DNA of 53,313 bases, counting the filler, from Dirinaria sp. TL-2023a (lineage: Eukaryota), in assembly GCA_051941275.1 (NCBI GenBank). It is 4 parts of 4 records of this genome, joined end to end, with 100 filler letters (N's around TTAATTAATTAA, not from the genome) between each part and the next. Parts side by side here need not be neighbours in the genome. Positions count along the whole stretch, not along the records: positions 40,070 to 53,313 come from JAVEBF010000701.1; 3 more parts are not named here. One strand, written 5' to 3'. A program made the position numbers and the translations under genes. How positions within the stretch are numbered: position 1 is the stretch's first letter; the number at the start of each line of letters is the position of its first letter. Shown here piece by piece: positions 50,866 through 53,313 of this stretch. The notes beneath the pieces are model-generated. The model searched no databases. It saw only the letters and a program-made list of their open reading frames with translations, and was not told the DNA's origin.

Positions 50866-53179
50866 AATTTCAACACATCAAAAACGCATCCTTCGGAAGA
50901 CTTGAGGCTGACGATAATCTTTCAAATCCACTGTCGGAAGAAAAATTTTAAGCGCGTCGGAACGAGATCCTCGCGACAGCCTCTTGCGCCGGCTCACTGT
51001 TGAAGTCTATTATAAGCCATACACCAGTCTAGACCCAAGTCAGATCACCAAGACTTAGGATTGCCTACTTGACAAGAGGAACATTTGAGCGAAGTATTTT
51101 TCGATCGGTATCGTCAGTACTGTGTGCAGTAGCGGTCTTTGTGGGGATTTTGCCTCCTTGCGCACTTGACAACACCGGTCACCGAAGGCGCGGAATGGAA
51201 AGGCTCGTTCTGTAACGTCAAAGAGATATCTTCATTCCAACGTGTGTTCGAATTCACCTCTTTGATTCGATTTCTGTATGTGCCATAGGCTTACCCCTTT
51301 CACCAAGTATGGCGGCGATAATGGCGCGATCACCGCCTTGTGTTTAGAGTAGACAGTTTCCGTAATCCTGCTGGGACTCATTTCCACACCTTTTGGCAGC
51401 GCGACAATTTCCATAGCAGTGTTGCCAGATCATGATCAGCCTCTCACTTGCATCAGCGGAAGTCGAATCTCGATAATGTAAGGGGCGGGGAGTGGTTTTA
51501 TCGCCCAGCTTGCTTAGTCAGCACCGAATTACTCTGATGAGTTCCTGTCCCTTCCGAGCTTTTCTCCTACAACCCTGCTTTACAAGATCCGGACTCCTTA
51601 ATATCATGGGAATGAATGATAGTTCATACTTCGTTCTCAGTCGTGCGTGCTCCTTTTGCGACTGAATGTCTTGAATTTCCCCCAGCAGACTGGCGCCAGG
51701 TGAGCATCTCATCCGTCCACTTTTCCAACCTTCCCAGAGGTCTTTACGCCATTCGCTTTCAGTCTCAGCATTGGGCATACGTGCATCAATTGACAAGTCG
51801 ATAATGAGATCATATTAGTAGCTGAGAGACAAGACAAGAAAAGCTCAGCCCGTTCGCATGATTTGTGCTATCGACTCATTTGAAGACAGACATTCTAGGA
51901 CACTAAAAATTCTCATCTTTTCGGCTATGGCAACCTACCGGGCTTAGGGATCCGCCAACAAACAAGCATCTCATAGTCATATTTTAAGACGATTATGACA
52001 AGGTATAGCATTGAAATACCAGTAGATCAGCTCACCAATTTTGTGCCATTATCAGATAGCCAAATCGTTCAATTTCCAGAGGTGAAACAGAAAGATGATC
52101 GAAAACTGGACGAGATCCATCAATGGCTCAATGCAACCATCGGCAGATCATGAAGAAGCATCTAGATTCGGAACGCCACAGAGCCCTCAGTCATGATAGA
52201 GATGTATTGAAAGCTTGTTTCAAAGCAACAGTTTTTACACCTATTACGAATCCTAGGGAAGGCCTAGCCTTGAGGGACCTGAGGCGTTCGATAATGTTCG
52301 AACGTTTCTCATGCGTCAATGGTGATATCAGAAGAGATAATAGCTTAGCGTTCGGTGCGATCGTGAAGAAATGTTCTTGGGCGGCGTTAATTTTGACTCG
52401 AGGTGCGAATTCGTCCCAAAGCTGTTATACGGTGGTTATTCTAGATATAGTTAGACCAATCATCATGTCTCGAATGTCCATTTCACTGGAGACCTCTGCA
52501 AAGTTGTTGAGATGCCCATCGCCACCCTTCTCTATTACATATTCAAAGACAGGCTGTGGACTCAGCTAGCAAGGCCGCCGTCAAGCAAAGTCTTTCACAG
52601 GTCATGAAACACCAGGTTCTAAAAGCAGTCAAGATATGCTGCAAGCACAGCAAGACCTGACGTGCTTGCAAGACTTATTAAATTTTATTGGGAAAATATC
52701 GGCTGAAGCTATAAAGTCCTTTGGGCCTCGCCAGCGCCAGAGGTGACTATACACCGAGCAAAGTTAGCCTAAGAAATGCTGCATCTAGTCCCCAAAAGTC
52801 TCTCTACCTCTGTGGCTTGTATCTGGAATGGGTGGTTGTGTGGAACAGAAACAGCTTCCGCAATGCGATATCAACGATGATACTGGGCAGACAATATGTA
52901 AACAATCCTAGAAACCAAAGAAGATATTGACGGCGGCTTATTGACTCCTTGCTCTAAACGTAGCTTAGGACACCACCAAACGTGTCATGTAGGTCTAGAA
53001 GATCTCTAACATAGATCGAGATAATGGCAATCCCTATACACATTTGGCAGCTGCACACCGGAGGTGACATCGTGAATGATGAATGTCATATGAATGCTCA
53101 TATGAGCGCAGCAACAGCCTCAAAATGCCCACATAGCACCAATGCATTGATAACCTTGATGGTCTTCACACAGACATCT

Positions 53180-53313
53180 GAACCCCCGCTCACCCCGAGC
53201 AAAACCCTCCTCGCCCACCCAACCTCCCCGTCCGTCTTTAACCCCCCTCTCAACTACCCAGTCCCTTACAAGAAAAACACGTCCCTTATAATTCCCAAAC
53301 CTCCCCCCCCAAC
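53180..53313. other. C-rich low-complexity contig tail, probably unreliable read-end sequence
   Basis: C-run-rich tail. Similar C/G-rich ends occur at 1-20, 13241-13270, 26613-26625 and 39945-39969. Confidence 0.5.

Noticed and set aside
51200..53100. Protein-like minus-strand fragments and ORF 52123-52569
   Set aside because: Interrupted by many stops and no family recognisable; may be an old pseudogene but cannot be supported.
1..53313. tRNA, rRNA, CRISPR arrays, intact transposons
   Set aside because: None recognised by eye: no repeat-spacer array and no transposase or reverse transcriptase motifs. tRNAscan-SE and Infernal were not run, so small RNA genes could be missed.

Overview
Filamentous ascomycete (Pezizomycotina) genomic DNA with short spliceosomal introns; possibly a lichen-forming fungus from a mixed sample (weak inference). 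The window is not one locus. It is four contigs (13,270, 13,255, 13,244 and 13,244 bp, length-sorted) joined by identical artificial 100-bp spacers (44 N + TTAATTAATTAA + 44 N), so gene adjacency is meaningful only inside each contig. Contig 1: a complete 10-exon highly reducing PKS (KS-AT-DH-cMT-ER-KR-ACP, LovF/MlcB-like) plus a cytochrome P450. Contig 2: an AIG2/gamma-glutamylcyclotransferase-domain gene (one homopolymer frameshift) directly upstream of a COOH-NH2 amidoligase (Amidoligase_2) gene, then a Rum1-like CDK inhibitor, a TRAPPC12-like gene, a DUF1749/SidJ-like hydrolase and the 3' part of NST1. Contig 3: an atypical protein kinase, mitochondrial Lon protease, a conserved hypothetical protein and a Nudix hydrolase. 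Contig 4: a CYP7/8-like P450 with a 6-nt micro-exon, a DUF6604-like protein, a pseudogene and a cysteine-rich secreted two-repeat protein. The most interesting signal is the fungal amidoligase + AIG2 cyclotransferase pair, which mirrors a neighbourhood described for this amidoligase family in Firmicutes. All family assignments come from motif recognition by eye; no searches were run.
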